Of a DNA stretch of 64,000 nt, positions 1 through 10,653 are shown one piece after another. The first letter of the stretch is position 1. Each line of letters begins with the position of its first letter. Made by a program: the position numbers and the translations under genes. Source of the stretch: Pacificimonas sp. GTDB taxonomy: Bacteria > Pseudomonadota > Alphaproteobacteria > Sphingomonadales > Sphingomonadaceae. The stretch lies in contig JBARZR010000104.1 of NCBI GenBank assembly GCA_049650205.1, forward strand, positions 33-64,032, written 5' to 3'. A model generated the notes under the pieces. That model saw only the letters and a list, made by a program, of their open reading frames with translations, was not told where the DNA came from and ran no database searches.

Positions 1-679
1 GCTGGCGGCGGCGCGCGGGGTCGCCGCTGCGGGGTTCGAGGTGCAGGATGTCGACGTGACCGGCGCGCAGGAGATGGCCAATCTGCCAGTTTATACGGCG
101 GCGCTGGACGGCGCCTCTGATTCCATGCTGCTGGTCGATCTGGATGAGGTGAAAGAGAGGCTGGAGCTGCTGCCCTGGGTCGAGGAGGCGAGTGTGGGGC
201 GTGTGCTGCCGAACCGCCTGACCATCGCAATAACTGAACGCAAGCCGGCTGCGATCTGGCAGAATGACGGCATGCACCGGCTGGTCGATGCCGAGGGGCG
301 GATATTGCAGGCGGACGATCTGAGCCGGTTCGCGCATCTGCCTCTGGTGGTGGATGACGGCGCGGACCGCCAGGTACGCGGATTGACGAAACTGCTGGCG
401 GATTACCCCGCCTTCGCCGAACATTTCGCCAGCGCCACCTGGCGCGGCGGGCGGCGCTGGGACGTGCAACTGAAATCGGGGGAAACGATCCTGCTGCCCG
501 AGGGCGGTGGCGCGACACGGCGCGCGCTGGACAGTTTTGTGCGGCTGGAGCGCGATACGCAGCTGACCGGGCGCGGCTTCGCGGCGCTGGATTTCCGGGT
601 TCCGAAACAGATGGTCGTGCGAGCAGGCGCCGAAGGTGAGGGCGAGGCGCTGATGACCATCGACGGGACGGAAATATGA
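1..679 (+). CDS. ftsQ: Cell division protein FtsQ, C-terminal part (5' end lies outside the window)
   Basis: The frame of ORF 41..679 stays open to the window edge. FtsQ/POTRA-like text LPWVEEASVGRVLPNRLTIAITERKPAAIW. The stop overlaps the ftsA start (ATGA at 676-679), and the ftsQ-ftsA-ftsZ order is canonical. Confidence 0.8.
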   Translation, partial: LAAARGVAAAGFEVQDVDVTGAQEMANLPVYTAALDGASDSMLLVDLDEVKERLELLPWVEEASVGRVLPNRLTIAITERKPAAIWQNDGMHRLVDAEGRILQADDLSRFAHLPLVVDDGADRQVRGLTKLLADYPAFAEHFASATWRGGRRWDVQLKSGETILLPEGGGATRRALDSFVRLERDTQLTGRGFAALDFRVPKQMVVRAGAEGEGEALMTIDGTEI

Positions 680-1935
680 AGAGAGGGGCTGCGAAACCGC
701 GCGGTGAGCGCACGATCGCCGTCCTGGACGTCGGTACGTCGAAGGTGGCGGCACTGATCGCGCTGGTCAGTGGCGGTGACGACGCGCCGCGCGTGATCGG
801 CAGTCACCAGCTGGCCTGCAACGGCTTGAAAAACGGTCTGGTGTCCGATCTTCAGGCCGTCGAGGGCGCGGTGCGGCAGGCCATGGACCGGGCCGAGCGA
901 AATGCCGGGGTGACGGTGGAGGATGTCACGGTGTCCGTGTCGGCTGGTGGGCTGGAAAGCGACATCGCCACGGTCGAGGTCGATATCGGCGGACAACGAA
1001 TCGAGAAGGCCGATCTGGAGCATGTCCATGCCGAGGCGCGCGCGCGGATCGAGCCGGACGGGCGCGCGATCCTGCATGCGGAACCCGCGCTTTACACGCT
1101 TGACGGTCAGAATGCGGTGATGAATCCGCTTGGCCTGCATGCCGAGACGCTGGGCGTGTCGATCCACATCCTGAGCGCCGACCGCGCGCCCATGCAGAAT
1201 CTGGAAACGGCGGTTCGCAGCGCCGACCTGAATGTCATCGCCAAGGTGGCCGCACCCGTTGCCGCCGCCCGCGCCTGTCTGGGAACGCAGGAGAAGGATC
1301 TGGGCGTGGCGCTGGTCGATATGGGCGCGGGGCGGACCAATGTGGCGATCTTCGCGCAGGGCATGCTGGCCGGGTTCTCCTCCATCGAAACGGGCGGCGA
1401 GGATGTGACGGCGGATGTGGCGAGCGCGCTGGGAACACCGCGCGCGGCGGCGGAGCGGCTGAAGGCGTTGAAAGGCTCCGCCAGCGCCGTTCCGCGCGAC
1501 AATCACGAGATGATCGACGTGCCGGGACTGGCTGGGTCGTCCGAGCTGTTGCACCGCCCGCGCGCCGAACTGGTGCAGGCCATTCGTGGGCGTCTCGACG
1601 TGTTGTTCGGCATGGTCGAGGAGCGTTTTGGCGAGCTGGGGTTTCAGGGACCGCGCGCGCGGCAGGTGGTCCTGACCGGCGGCGGCGCTTCGCTGGCGGG
1701 TATCGCGGATTACGCGGAGGGCGTTCTGGGCCGGCATGTCCGGATCGGGACGCCGTCGGGCCTGACCGGGATGCCGGACGCGCAGCAGTCAAGCGCCTTC
1801 AATGTGTTGACGGGGCTTGCCCTTCACGCCGCAAGCGAAACGCCGAACTTCTGGCGGCAGAGCTCGACCTCCTTCGCACCCGCGAAAGGGTCGGGTTTCG
1901 GCAAGATGTGGCAGATGCTGAAGCAGAATATATAG
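676..1935 (+). CDS. ftsA: Cell division protein FtsA (actin-like ATPase)
   Basis: 419 aa. Actin-fold phosphate motifs IAVLDVGTSKVAALIA and LVDMGAGRTNVAIF. Lies between ftsQ and ftsZ. Confidence 0.95.
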   Translation: MKRGAAKPRGERTIAVLDVGTSKVAALIALVSGGDDAPRVIGSHQLACNGLKNGLVSDLQAVEGAVRQAMDRAERNAGVTVEDVTVSVSAGGLESDIATVEVDIGGQRIEKADLEHVHAEARARIEPDGRAILHAEPALYTLDGQNAVMNPLGLHAETLGVSIHILSADRAPMQNLETAVRSADLNVIAKVAAPVAAARACLGTQEKDLGVALVDMGAGRTNVAIFAQGMLAGFSSIETGGEDVTADVASALGTPRAAAERLKALKGSASAVPRDNHEMIDVPGLAGSSELLHRPRAELVQAIRGRLDVLFGMVEERFGELGFQGPRARQVVLTGGGASLAGIADYAEGVLGRHVRIGTPSGLTGMPDAQQSSAFNVLTGLALHAASETPNFWRQSSTSFAPAKGSGFGKMWQMLKQNI

Positions 1936-2019
1936 CCGGCGGAAGAAAATTCATTTTTGGGATTCACGCGGACTCCCCGATTCTATAGGGTCTGCGCAAA
2001 GCACATAGAGGAGCGCATC

Positions 2020-3603
2020 ATGGTCGAATTCGAGCGTCCGGAACTGACGGAACTGAAACCGCGCATCAGCGTCATCGGCGTCGGCGGCGCGGGCGGCAAC
2101 GCCGTAGCGAACATGATCGATTCCGGCCTTGAGGGCGTCGATTTCGTCGTCGCGAACACGGACGCGCAGGCGCTGGCCGCCAGCGCCGCCGAAACACGCA
2201 TTCAACTGGGCCACAAGATCACGCAGGGTCTGGGCGCCGGCGCGCGTCCCGAAATCGGACGCGCCGCCGCCGAGGAAAATGTCGAGGAAATCGAGCAGGC
2301 GCTAAATGGCTCGCACATGTGCTTCATCACTGCCGGTATGGGCGGCGGCACAGGCACGGGCGCGGCACCTGTCATCGCGCAATATGCGCGTGAGCGCGGC
2401 ATTCTGACTGTGGGTGTCGTCACCAAGCCGTTCGGTTTCGAAGGCGCGAAACGCTCGCGTGCCGCCGAAAGCGGCATCGAGGAACTGCAGAAGCATGTCG
2501 ATACACTGATCGTCATTCCAAACCAGAACCTGTTCATGATCGCCAGCCCATCGACAACGTTCAAGGAAGCGTTCGAGATGGCCGACCAGGTGCTGCACCA
2601 GGGTGTGCGCGGCATCACCGATTTGATGATGATGCCCGGCCTGATCAACCTCGATTTCGCCGATGTGCGCACCGTCATGTCCGAAATGGGCAAGGCTATG
2701 ATGGGAACGGGCGAGGCGGAGGGCGAAAACCGCGCCATAGAGGCTGCCAACAAGGCGATTTCCAACCCGCTGCTGGACGAGGTTTCTCTGCGCGGGGCCA
2801 AGGCACTGCTCATCAACATCACGGGCGGTGACGATATGGGCCTGATGGAGGTCGACGAGGCCGCCAACCATATCCGCGACATGGTCGATGCCGACGCCAA
2901 CATCATCTTCGGCAGCGCATTCAACGAAGACCTGAACGGCAAGCTGCGCGTTTCCGTGGTTGCGACGGGGATCGACGCCGAAGCTGACGCCGGCGAAAGA
3001 CCCGCACCCGCCGCGAGGACGTCGTTCGGGACAGTCGCGGGCGGTTTTGGCGGCCTGAGCGCAGCCAAACCCGCGGTTGCCGCGAAATCCGATCTGCCGG
3101 AATCCGGCGCCAAGCCTGTCGAGGCTGAAACCGTAGCGGAGACAGGAGCCCCGCTGGAAGATGCTGCACCTGTTTCAGAAGAGGTGGAGCCTGCAACCGC
3201 TGAGGTGGCCACGAGCGAGAGCGATCCACTGCCACTGGAAGACGCGATTGGCGATGGCAGCGATGAGCCGGTGGTAAATATATCGGAGGTGACACTTACC
3301 GAGGATAATGTGACGCCGCTTCGCATGACGCCGTCCGCGCCGGATGTGGCGAGCGAACCTGCTGTAGAGGCCGAAGAGGTCGCCGAGGAGCGGCCCTATT
3401 CCGATGGCATCCGCCCCGTGCGTGATGCGCCGCCCGTGCAGGAGCGCGGCCCCAGTCTGTTCGAGCGCATGACGTCTATTGGCAAAGGCAAGACGGAAGC
3501 CAAGCGGGCGCGGGAAGACCTGTTTCCGGAAGGTGAAAAAGCGGGCGGCGGGGACGACCCATTGGAGATCCCCGCATTTTTCAAACGGCAGGTTAACGAC
3601 TAA
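2020..3603 (+). CDS. ftsZ: Cell division protein FtsZ
   Basis: Tubulin signature [13 protein letters not shown] and [12 protein letters not shown]. Start placed at ATG 2020 (GAGGAG 6 nt upstream) rather than the ORF-track start 1957. Long Ala/Glu/Pro linker and conserved C-terminal peptide [13 protein letters not shown]. Confidence 0.96.
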   Translation: MVEFERPELTELKPRISVIGVGGAGGNAVANMIDSGLEGVDFVVANTDAQALAASAAETRIQLGHKITQGLGAGARPEIGRAAAEENVEEIEQALNGSHMCFITAGMGGGTGTGAAPVIAQYARERGILTVGVVTKPFGFEGAKRSRAAESGIEELQKHVDTLIVIPNQNLFMIASPSTTFKEAFEMADQVLHQGVRGITDLMMMPGLINLDFADVRTVMSEMGKAMMGTGEAEGENRAIEAANKAISNPLLDEVSLRGAKALLINITGGDDMGLMEVDEAANHIRDMVDADANIIFGSAFNEDLNGKLRVSVVATGIDAEADAGERPAPAARTSFGTVAGGFGGLSAAKPAVAAKSDLPESGAKPVEAETVAETGAPLEDAAPVSEEVEPATAEVATSESDPLPLEDAIGDGSDEPVVNISEVTLTEDNVTPLRMTPSAPDVASEPAVEAEEVAEERPYSDGIRPVRDAPPVQERGPSLFERMTSIGKGKTEAKRAREDLFPEGEKAGGGDDPLEIPAFFKRQVND

Positions 3604-3660
3604 CGGTATAGCGCGGGGACATGGCGGGTAGAACCGCTATGCCCTGGGCATGATCATCTT

Positions 3661-3966
3661 CTATCTGTTTCCGGACCTCTTCTGCCGCTTGTCGACATTC
3701 GCCTGTTCGCGGTAAGCCTCGGCACGGGCCTGGGCGATGCAGTTGGTGACTGCGATCCTGTCAGGTCCGGACTTGCCCACACACTCGGCACGTGCGTCGG
3801 CTGCCTTCTGCTCCGCGCGCGCAACGGCTTCCTGGCCAAGGCCGGGACGTTCATAGCTGGCAGCCGTGACGGCCATCACCGCAGACACCGGTGCGGTCGC
3901 CATCATTGCAAAACCCAGGGCCGCAGCAACGGTAGTCCTTATGTGGCTATTCGCTTTCAATGTCAT
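3661..3966 (-). CDS. Small secreted protein, two conserved Cys (possibly UrcA-like; unassigned)
   Basis: 101 aa. N-terminal hydrophobic signal-like segment AAALGFAMMATAPVSAVMA, then a charged helical region containing CVGKSGPDRIAVTNC. No family recognised with certainty. Confidence 0.5.
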   Translation of the reverse strand: MTLKANSHIRTTVAAALGFAMMATAPVSAVMAVTAASYERPGLGQEAVARAEQKAADARAECVGKSGPDRIAVTNCIAQARAEAYREQANVDKRQKRSGNR

Positions 3967-4136
3967 TTCGTTTTCCTGATCCCCGTGAAATGCACAGTGG
4001 GCCGGAAGATGTTCGTATCCGACAGCCCCGCGACGCGTAGTTCCCGAACCCCGGCCTACAGGCCTTCGGTTCCCAAGCTGTCACGCTTGCTGGTTAACGA
4101 TCCGCCAGCCATGACTCTCTTTACGATGACAGCGGC

Positions 4137-4157
4137 GAAAATCCCGTGAGCGGGATC
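4137..4157 (-). terminator. Putative intrinsic terminator downstream of sppA
   Basis: On the minus strand, ATCCCG-CTCA-CGGGAT is followed by TTTTCG. The stem is only 6 bp. Confidence 0.35.
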
Positions 4158-4195
4158 ACGCTGACCGGGGATATTGCTGAAACTGGCCGACTGAG

Positions 4196-6085
4196 TCAGT
4201 TTGTAACGTTGCGCAGCCATTGTTTCAGGTCTGGCGACAGGCGCGCCGGTGCGGAAACCAGGCCCGTGCAGGCCAGGCAGCGTACCTGCAGTGCGGGGCC
4301 GCTAACCACCTGGGCGGCATCGGCAATGCCCACCGCGGCCTGCATCCGGCTGCGCGCTGCGGCCAGATCGAGCATGGACCTTGGGACGACAGCGTCTTCC
4401 GAGGAAAACAGGTCTTCCAGGATCTGCACGCCGATCGGTTTGGGCCGCGCCATGGTCATGCGGCGCAGTTCGCCGGTTTCAAAACCGGCGGCCTTTTCCG
4501 CGGCGGCAATGGCGTCGTCGAGCGTACCGAATCGGTCAACCAGGCCCAGCTGACGCGCCGCGCCGCCGGACCAGACCCGACCCTGTCCGACGTCGTCGAC
4601 CTGCGCGACCGTCATACCGCGCGCTTCGGCGACGATGCCGGTGAAGCGGCGATAGATATCCTCGACACTCAGCTGGAACAACTCCTCGGTTTCCGGATTA
4701 AGCCCGCCCAATATATCGGGCGCACCCGAATAGGGTGTGACGCCGGAACCATCAGCATTGACACCCAGGTCGGCAAGCGTGCGTTCGAACGTCGGCAGGA
4801 TGGCGAACACGCCGATGGAGCCGGTGATGGTGGACGGCTGTGCGAAAATCTCGTCCGCAGCCGTGGCGACCCAGTATCCGCCCGATGCCGCGACGCTGCC
4901 AAAGCTGGCGATGACGGGAATGCCTTCGGCTTTCGCGGTCAGCAGCGCCTGGCGGATTTCCTCGGATGCGGTGACGCTGCCACCGCCGGAGTCGACGCGC
5001 AGGACGATGGCTTTCACATCGTCTTCAGCGGCGGCGTCCTCGATCAGCATGGCGATGCTGCCGCCGCCTGCCGTTCCTGCGGGGGCTTCGCCGTCGACGA
5101 TGCTGCCCGCGACATTGACGATGGCAACGGCATCCCCGGATTTCGGCAATATACCACGTCCATCGCGATTGTAGACGGCATAGTCCGTGGAGGCGTACAG
5201 GCCCGGCTCGTCATTGTCTCCCCGGCCGACGGCTTCCGATATGGCGTCGCCGAACTCGACGCGCGTACCGACGCGGTCGATCAGTCCGGCTGCCAGCGCG
5301 GCCTGGGCGAAATCACCGCCTGCGCCGCGCACATTGTCACCCAGCCCGGCAATGTAAGCCGGAAGGTCGCTTCCGGGGCGCGCAGTTTCGGCGTCCTGAA
5401 GGAAAACTTCCCATAGATCGTCCAGCAGCGCCTGCCGCGCCTGTTTCGCGGGTTCAGATGCTTCGTTCAGTATATAGGGCTCGACGAAACTCTTGTAGGT
5501 GCCGACCTTGAAGACGTTGACGTCCACCTTCAGCTTTTCGAGGGCATCGGCAAAATAGAGCTGGCTGCCGCCCGGGCCGCCAATAACGACGGCACCAAGC
5601 GGGTTGAGCCAGATTTCGTCGGCATGGGCGGCGATCAGCCAGCTGTCGTCGAAATAGGCCGACGCATAGACGTGGACGGTCTTGGCCTCGTCGTCATCTC
5701 CGACAGTGCGGAAATCTGCGACCGCATCGGCCACGGCCTGCACATTGGCGAGGCCGCCGCCGAAGAAGCCGTCCATGTCGAGGACCAGCGACTTGACCCG
5801 GTCATCGTCCTTCGCGCGTTCGATTGCGGCGATCAGCTCGGCGACAGGGATTTCCCCCGAAGGCGCCGGGCCGCTGAAAAATTCGAGTGGGTCGATTTCC
5901 TGCTTCTCCGTCACCAGGAACCCTTCCAGGGGGATGGTGAGCGCGCCGCCATCGGCGACAGTCGGCGCTTCGTCGGAAGCGGAGCGGGCAGCCAGAATGG
6001 CGGCGAAGATCAGCAGCATGAGGAGAAGGACCAGAAAGTCCTTCACACCCACCAGGAAATGCCAGAAGCCCTTGATCAATGCCAT
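4196..6085 (-). CDS. sppA: Signal peptide peptidase SppA, 67K type (S49 family)
   Basis: 629 aa. N-terminal membrane anchor, two S49/ClpP-fold repeats, and S49-type motif VAASGGYWVATAADEIFA. Confidence 0.9.
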   Translation of the reverse strand: MALIKGFWHFLVGVKDFLVLLLMLLIFAAILAARSASDEAPTVADGGALTIPLEGFLVTEKQEIDPLEFFSGPAPSGEIPVAELIAAIERAKDDDRVKSLVLDMDGFFGGGLANVQAVADAVADFRTVGDDDEAKTVHVYASAYFDDSWLIAAHADEIWLNPLGAVVIGGPGGSQLYFADALEKLKVDVNVFKVGTYKSFVEPYILNEASEPAKQARQALLDDLWEVFLQDAETARPGSDLPAYIAGLGDNVRGAGGDFAQAALAAGLIDRVGTRVEFGDAISEAVGRGDNDEPGLYASTDYAVYNRDGRGILPKSGDAVAIVNVAGSIVDGEAPAGTAGGGSIAMLIEDAAAEDDVKAIVLRVDSGGGSVTASEEIRQALLTAKAEGIPVIASFGSVAASGGYWVATAADEIFAQPSTITGSIGVFAILPTFERTLADLGVNADGSGVTPYSGAPDILGGLNPETEELFQLSVEDIYRRFTGIVAEARGMTVAQVDDVGQGRVWSGGAARQLGLVDRFGTLDDAIAAAEKAAGFETGELRRMTMARPKPIGVQILEDLFSSEDAVVPRSMLDLAAARSRMQAAVGIADAAQVVSGPALQVRCLACTGLVSAPARLSPDLKQWLRNVTN

Positions 6086-6202
6086 TGTGGAACGCCTTCG
6101 CTATCGGTTCATTGACGATGTAATGGTCTGGCGCGATGCGTCCAGTCCCAAGCCTGCGATTTGACATATTCATCTGTCATTAAAATTTTATGCGCCGCGC
6201 CG

Positions 6203-6230
6203 TTGACGAACGGTCCCTCGCCTCACATAT
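6203..6230 (+). promoter_or_regulatory. Putative groESL promoter (TTGACG-N16-ACATAT)
   Basis: -35-like and -10-like hexamers lie immediately upstream of the CIRCE element. Whether sigma-70 or sigma-32 reads it cannot be told from sequence. Confidence 0.35.
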
Positions 6231-6239
6231 CGCATGGTG

Positions 6240-6266
6240 TTGGCACTCGCATGCCGTGAGTGCCAA
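6240..6266 (+). promoter_or_regulatory. CIRCE operator (HrcA binding site)
   Basis: TTGGCACTC-N9-GAGTGCCAA is a perfect inverted repeat. It matches the CIRCE consensus TTAGCACTC-N9-GAGTGCTAA at 16 of 18 positions and sits directly upstream of groES. Confidence 0.85.
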
Positions 6267-6301
6267 TTTATATTTCCACACCTAACAGAAAGGTGACAAT
6301 C

Positions 6302-6589
6302 ATGAACTTTCGTCCCTTGCACGACCGTGTTCTCGTTCGCCGTATCGAGGCCGATGAAAAGACCACGGGCGGCATCATCATTCCCGACAGCGCCAAGGAA
6401 AAGCCGCAGGAAGGCGAAGTCGTCTCCGCAGGCACGGGTGCCCGCAACGACGCCGGTGAAATCGCACCGCTGGAAGTCAAGGCCGGCGACAAGATCCTGT
6501 TCGGCAAATGGTCCGGCACAGAGGTCAAGATCGACGGCGAAGATCTGATCATCATGAAGGAAAGCGACATTCTGGGCATCATGTCCTGA
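6302..6589 (+). CDS. groES: Co-chaperonin GroES
   Basis: [14 protein letters not shown]...[18 protein letters not shown]. Start moved to ATG 6302 inside ORF 6260..6589. Confidence 0.97.
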   Translation: MNFRPLHDRVLVRRIEADEKTTGGIIIPDSAKEKPQEGEVVSAGTGARNDAGEIAPLEVKAGDKILFGKWSGTEVKIDGEDLIIMKESDILGIMS

Positions 6590-6635
6590 ACCGGGGCGCT
6601 TACTCCAAATTCAATTCAATCCAACTGAAAGGTAG

Positions 6636-8294
<1,659 letters not shown>

Positions 8295-8326
8295 GTCCGA
8301 CGCCAACCATATTGGCCATAAATGAA

Positions 8327-8358
8327 GAAAGGGCCGTCCCTCGCGGGGCGGCCCTTTC
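8327..8358. terminator. Bidirectional intrinsic terminator (groEL versus the convergent haloperoxidase-like gene)
   Basis: GAAAGGGCCGTCCC-TCGC-GGGGCGGCCCTTTC gives a 14-bp stem with one G-T pair, flanked by A-rich and T-rich runs. Confidence 0.6.
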
Positions 8359-8386
8359 CTATTCTGGGCGTATATCTTTGGGCCGC

Positions 8387-10456
8387 TCAGTGCATCAGAT
8401 CCTCGGAAACTTCCTGGCCGGGGACGTGACGCAGCCACCAGTCGTCATGGCCGACGCGATCGCCTTCCCTGTCTGTGACCGCAAGCGTCGGGCAGGATTC
8501 CGGCTCGCCGCGAATGATGACGCGGTCGCCGTCGAAGCTGTCGAATGCGGTGGTGACGGATTCGCCATAGGTCGGGATTTGCTCCATCAATATGCCGATG
8601 GCGATGCGCTCGCCCATGCGAAGCGAGTCATAATAGTCGGCATAGTAATGGACGCCCGCCATGTTGCGGCCGATGGCGATATTGGCGGCGAGTTTGTCGA
8701 GTTCGCCCTGTACGGTCAGCTTGACGCCATCCCTGTTGACGAGTTTCTTGCCGTCCGCGCTCGGTTCGAAATAGTCCTTGCTGCCAAGTTTCAAAATCCG
8801 GAGCGCGGCGCCATCATTTTCGGCGAACATGTCGAAGAACGCTTTCAACATCGTGACGCAGCCGCCAGCGACGGTGGCATGACCCGCGCCATAGGCTGGG
8901 TGCATGGGCGAGCCCTCAGGGAAAGCCATGGGCAGCAACAGATTGTTATCGGCAAACGTGTTCGGGTTGACGCCTGAGGGTTCGTCGCCTCCTGCGCATT
9001 TGACCATGCGCATGTCCTTCATCGCCGCACTGTTCTGGTCCTTGTTATGATCGACGATGCCCATCCTGAGTTTTGCGGGCATGTCGTTGTGCAATTGCTG
9101 ATAGGCGGTCTCCGCCGCGCCCAGTTCACCGGGACGCCCAATGCCGACGAGCGTCGCGCGCCCGCCGAGCGCTTCGGGGCGGCAGCGGCGGTGATAGTTG
9201 AACTTCTGGCGGCGCACGGCCTTCAGGCATCGGGTCGCCACTTCAGTCACCAGCGACAGAATGTGCGGTCCGCCAAATGTGGCGAAACTGTCGCGTGCGC
9301 CGTTCGGGCTGGGTTCCGGGAAGCCCCGCGATGCCGGCGTGCCGATCCCGAGCAGAATGAGCGCGGCATTGAGATAGGCCTGATAGAGCGCGTCAAAATG
9401 CACATAGGTGGCGAGGTCGCGCGGCGTCGTGATGAAACGCCGCTCATCCTCATACAGGTTCGCACCTTTGAAGTTCGCGCCATTTTGAACGTCCAGCCAT
9501 TCCGGCCAGTTTGTCATATGGTCCAGGCATTCCTTGTGGACGGTGACGCGCTGATCGATGATCTGGTTACCATAGCTGATGTAACCGTCTTCGGGATCGA
9601 AGGCGCTGGCTTTTGCGGGATAACTTGGTGTGCCGCCCGTCGCGCCGCCAAGGCCTGTCGAGCCCGCCAGCATGAATTGCGAGATATAGGGACCGGTTTG
9701 CGCGCCGATGGTCGAGCCACGGAAGATGGTCTGTCCGTCGAGGGTCGGTGAAGCGATGGTACGCGCATCGCGGCGATTGCGCTCGAACCGGTTGAGGCCG
9801 CCGCCGTCCACCTGCTGCGGTGTCGAGGAGCGGACATTCGTGCCGCTGAAGAAGGCCATGCCATTCAGATCGTCGATGATCGTACCGATCTTCAGTTGCG
9901 CCTTGCCGCCGCTGATGCGTTTCTCACTTCCCGCCGCGCCTTTGGCGATTTCGGTGAAGGGAACGTCGCGCAGGATGGCGAGGGCATAGACCTCCGCCAT
10001 TTCGGCGCTGAGTTCGCTGGAGCCGACGCGCGGGGCGGGGGCCATGCCGACCGCGCCCGCATCGGGGCCTTCGAGTTCATAGACATGGCCGGAGCGGGGA
10101 CTCTCCCAGCCCCGCCATTTTGGCGGCGCGCCATTTACCGTGCAGGCGAAGGTAACGCCTGTATCGTCACCATTGGGGACGTGTTTGTCGAAGAAATGCC
10201 GGTCAGCAGCGTTGATGCCCTCGACGAAGCAATGGTAGGATTTCGGCGTGACGAGCAGGCCGTTGTCATCATGCAAAAGCCCCTTCGTGAAGTTTGAGGC
10301 GAATTTGCCGTCACTGTCGCCCTCTTCGCCATTGGACAGCGTCAGCGCCTGTGGGCGTAGCCGGGCGATTTCCGTGGCGAGGTCGCGCTGCGCCTTCGCG
10401 GCGCGGGCGCGGCGCGAACCGGCGGGAATGGGTTCTGCGAATGGAATCTTGCTCAT
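8387..10456 (-). CDS. Vanadium-dependent haloperoxidase-like protein (PAP2/acid-phosphatase superfamily)
   Basis: Three family motifs are present: K-x7-RP (QKFNYHRRCRPEA), HPAYGAGHATVAG (the PSGH-type motif with Ala for Ser), and R-x5-H (GRNMAGVHYYAD). Start placed at ATG 10456 (MSKIPF, GGAGAA RBS) inside ORF 8387..10513. Confidence 0.72.
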   Translation of the reverse strand: MSKIPFAEPIPAGSRRARAAKAQRDLATEIARLRPQALTLSNGEEGDSDGKFASNFTKGLLHDDNGLLVTPKSYHCFVEGINAADRHFFDKHVPNGDDTGVTFACTVNGAPPKWRGWESPRSGHVYELEGPDAGAVGMAPAPRVGSSELSAEMAEVYALAILRDVPFTEIAKGAAGSEKRISGGKAQLKIGTIIDDLNGMAFFSGTNVRSSTPQQVDGGGLNRFERNRRDARTIASPTLDGQTIFRGSTIGAQTGPYISQFMLAGSTGLGGATGGTPSYPAKASAFDPEDGYISYGNQIIDQRVTVHKECLDHMTNWPEWLDVQNGANFKGANLYEDERRFITTPRDLATYVHFDALYQAYLNAALILLGIGTPASRGFPEPSPNGARDSFATFGGPHILSLVTEVATRCLKAVRRQKFNYHRRCRPEALGGRATLVGIGRPGELGAAETAYQQLHNDMPAKLRMGIVDHNKDQNSAAMKDMRMVKCAGGDEPSGVNPNTFADNNLLLPMAFPEGSPMHPAYGAGHATVAGGCVTMLKAFFDMFAENDGAALRILKLGSKDYFEPSADGKKLVNRDGVKLTVQGELDKLAANIAIGRNMAGVHYYADYYDSLRMGERIAIGILMEQIPTYGESVTTAFDSFDGDRVIIRGEPESCPTLAVTDREGDRVGHDDWWLRHVPGQEVSEDLMH

Positions 10457-10580
10457 CGTTGTTCTCCATGGAATTGAATGGAAAACGCAACGCAACGTCA
10501 GTTTTTCGAACATACGGAGGGATCGACCTGTCGGGTCAGTCCGGTCGCAGGTCGATTAGGCCACGATCGGGAAACCGGTC

Positions 10581-10596
10581 TGTGATGGCAATCACA
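10581..10596. promoter_or_regulatory. CRP/FNR-family-type site TGTGA-N6-TCACA
   Basis: TGTGAtggcaaTCACA, with perfect half-sites, lies in the divergent region between the haloperoxidase-like gene and the MATE gene. A TATATA -10-like hexamer is at 10631-10636. Confidence 0.3.
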
Positions 10597-10653
10597 CCCA
10601 CAGGCGAAACAAGATCGCGCCGGTCTTTCCTATATACGGTTTGCCGCTAAGCG

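Noticed and set aside
403-1737. 444-aa ORF on the minus strand, antisense to ftsQ/ftsA.
   Set aside because: It is Arg/Pro/Ala-rich low-complexity translation lying entirely opposite well-supported genes. This is the typical shadow frame of high-GC DNA.
3943-4553. Plus-strand ORFs (68 aa and 135 aa) downstream of and within the sppA region.
   Set aside because: They have no RBS or motif, partly run antisense to sppA, and their composition looks non-coding.
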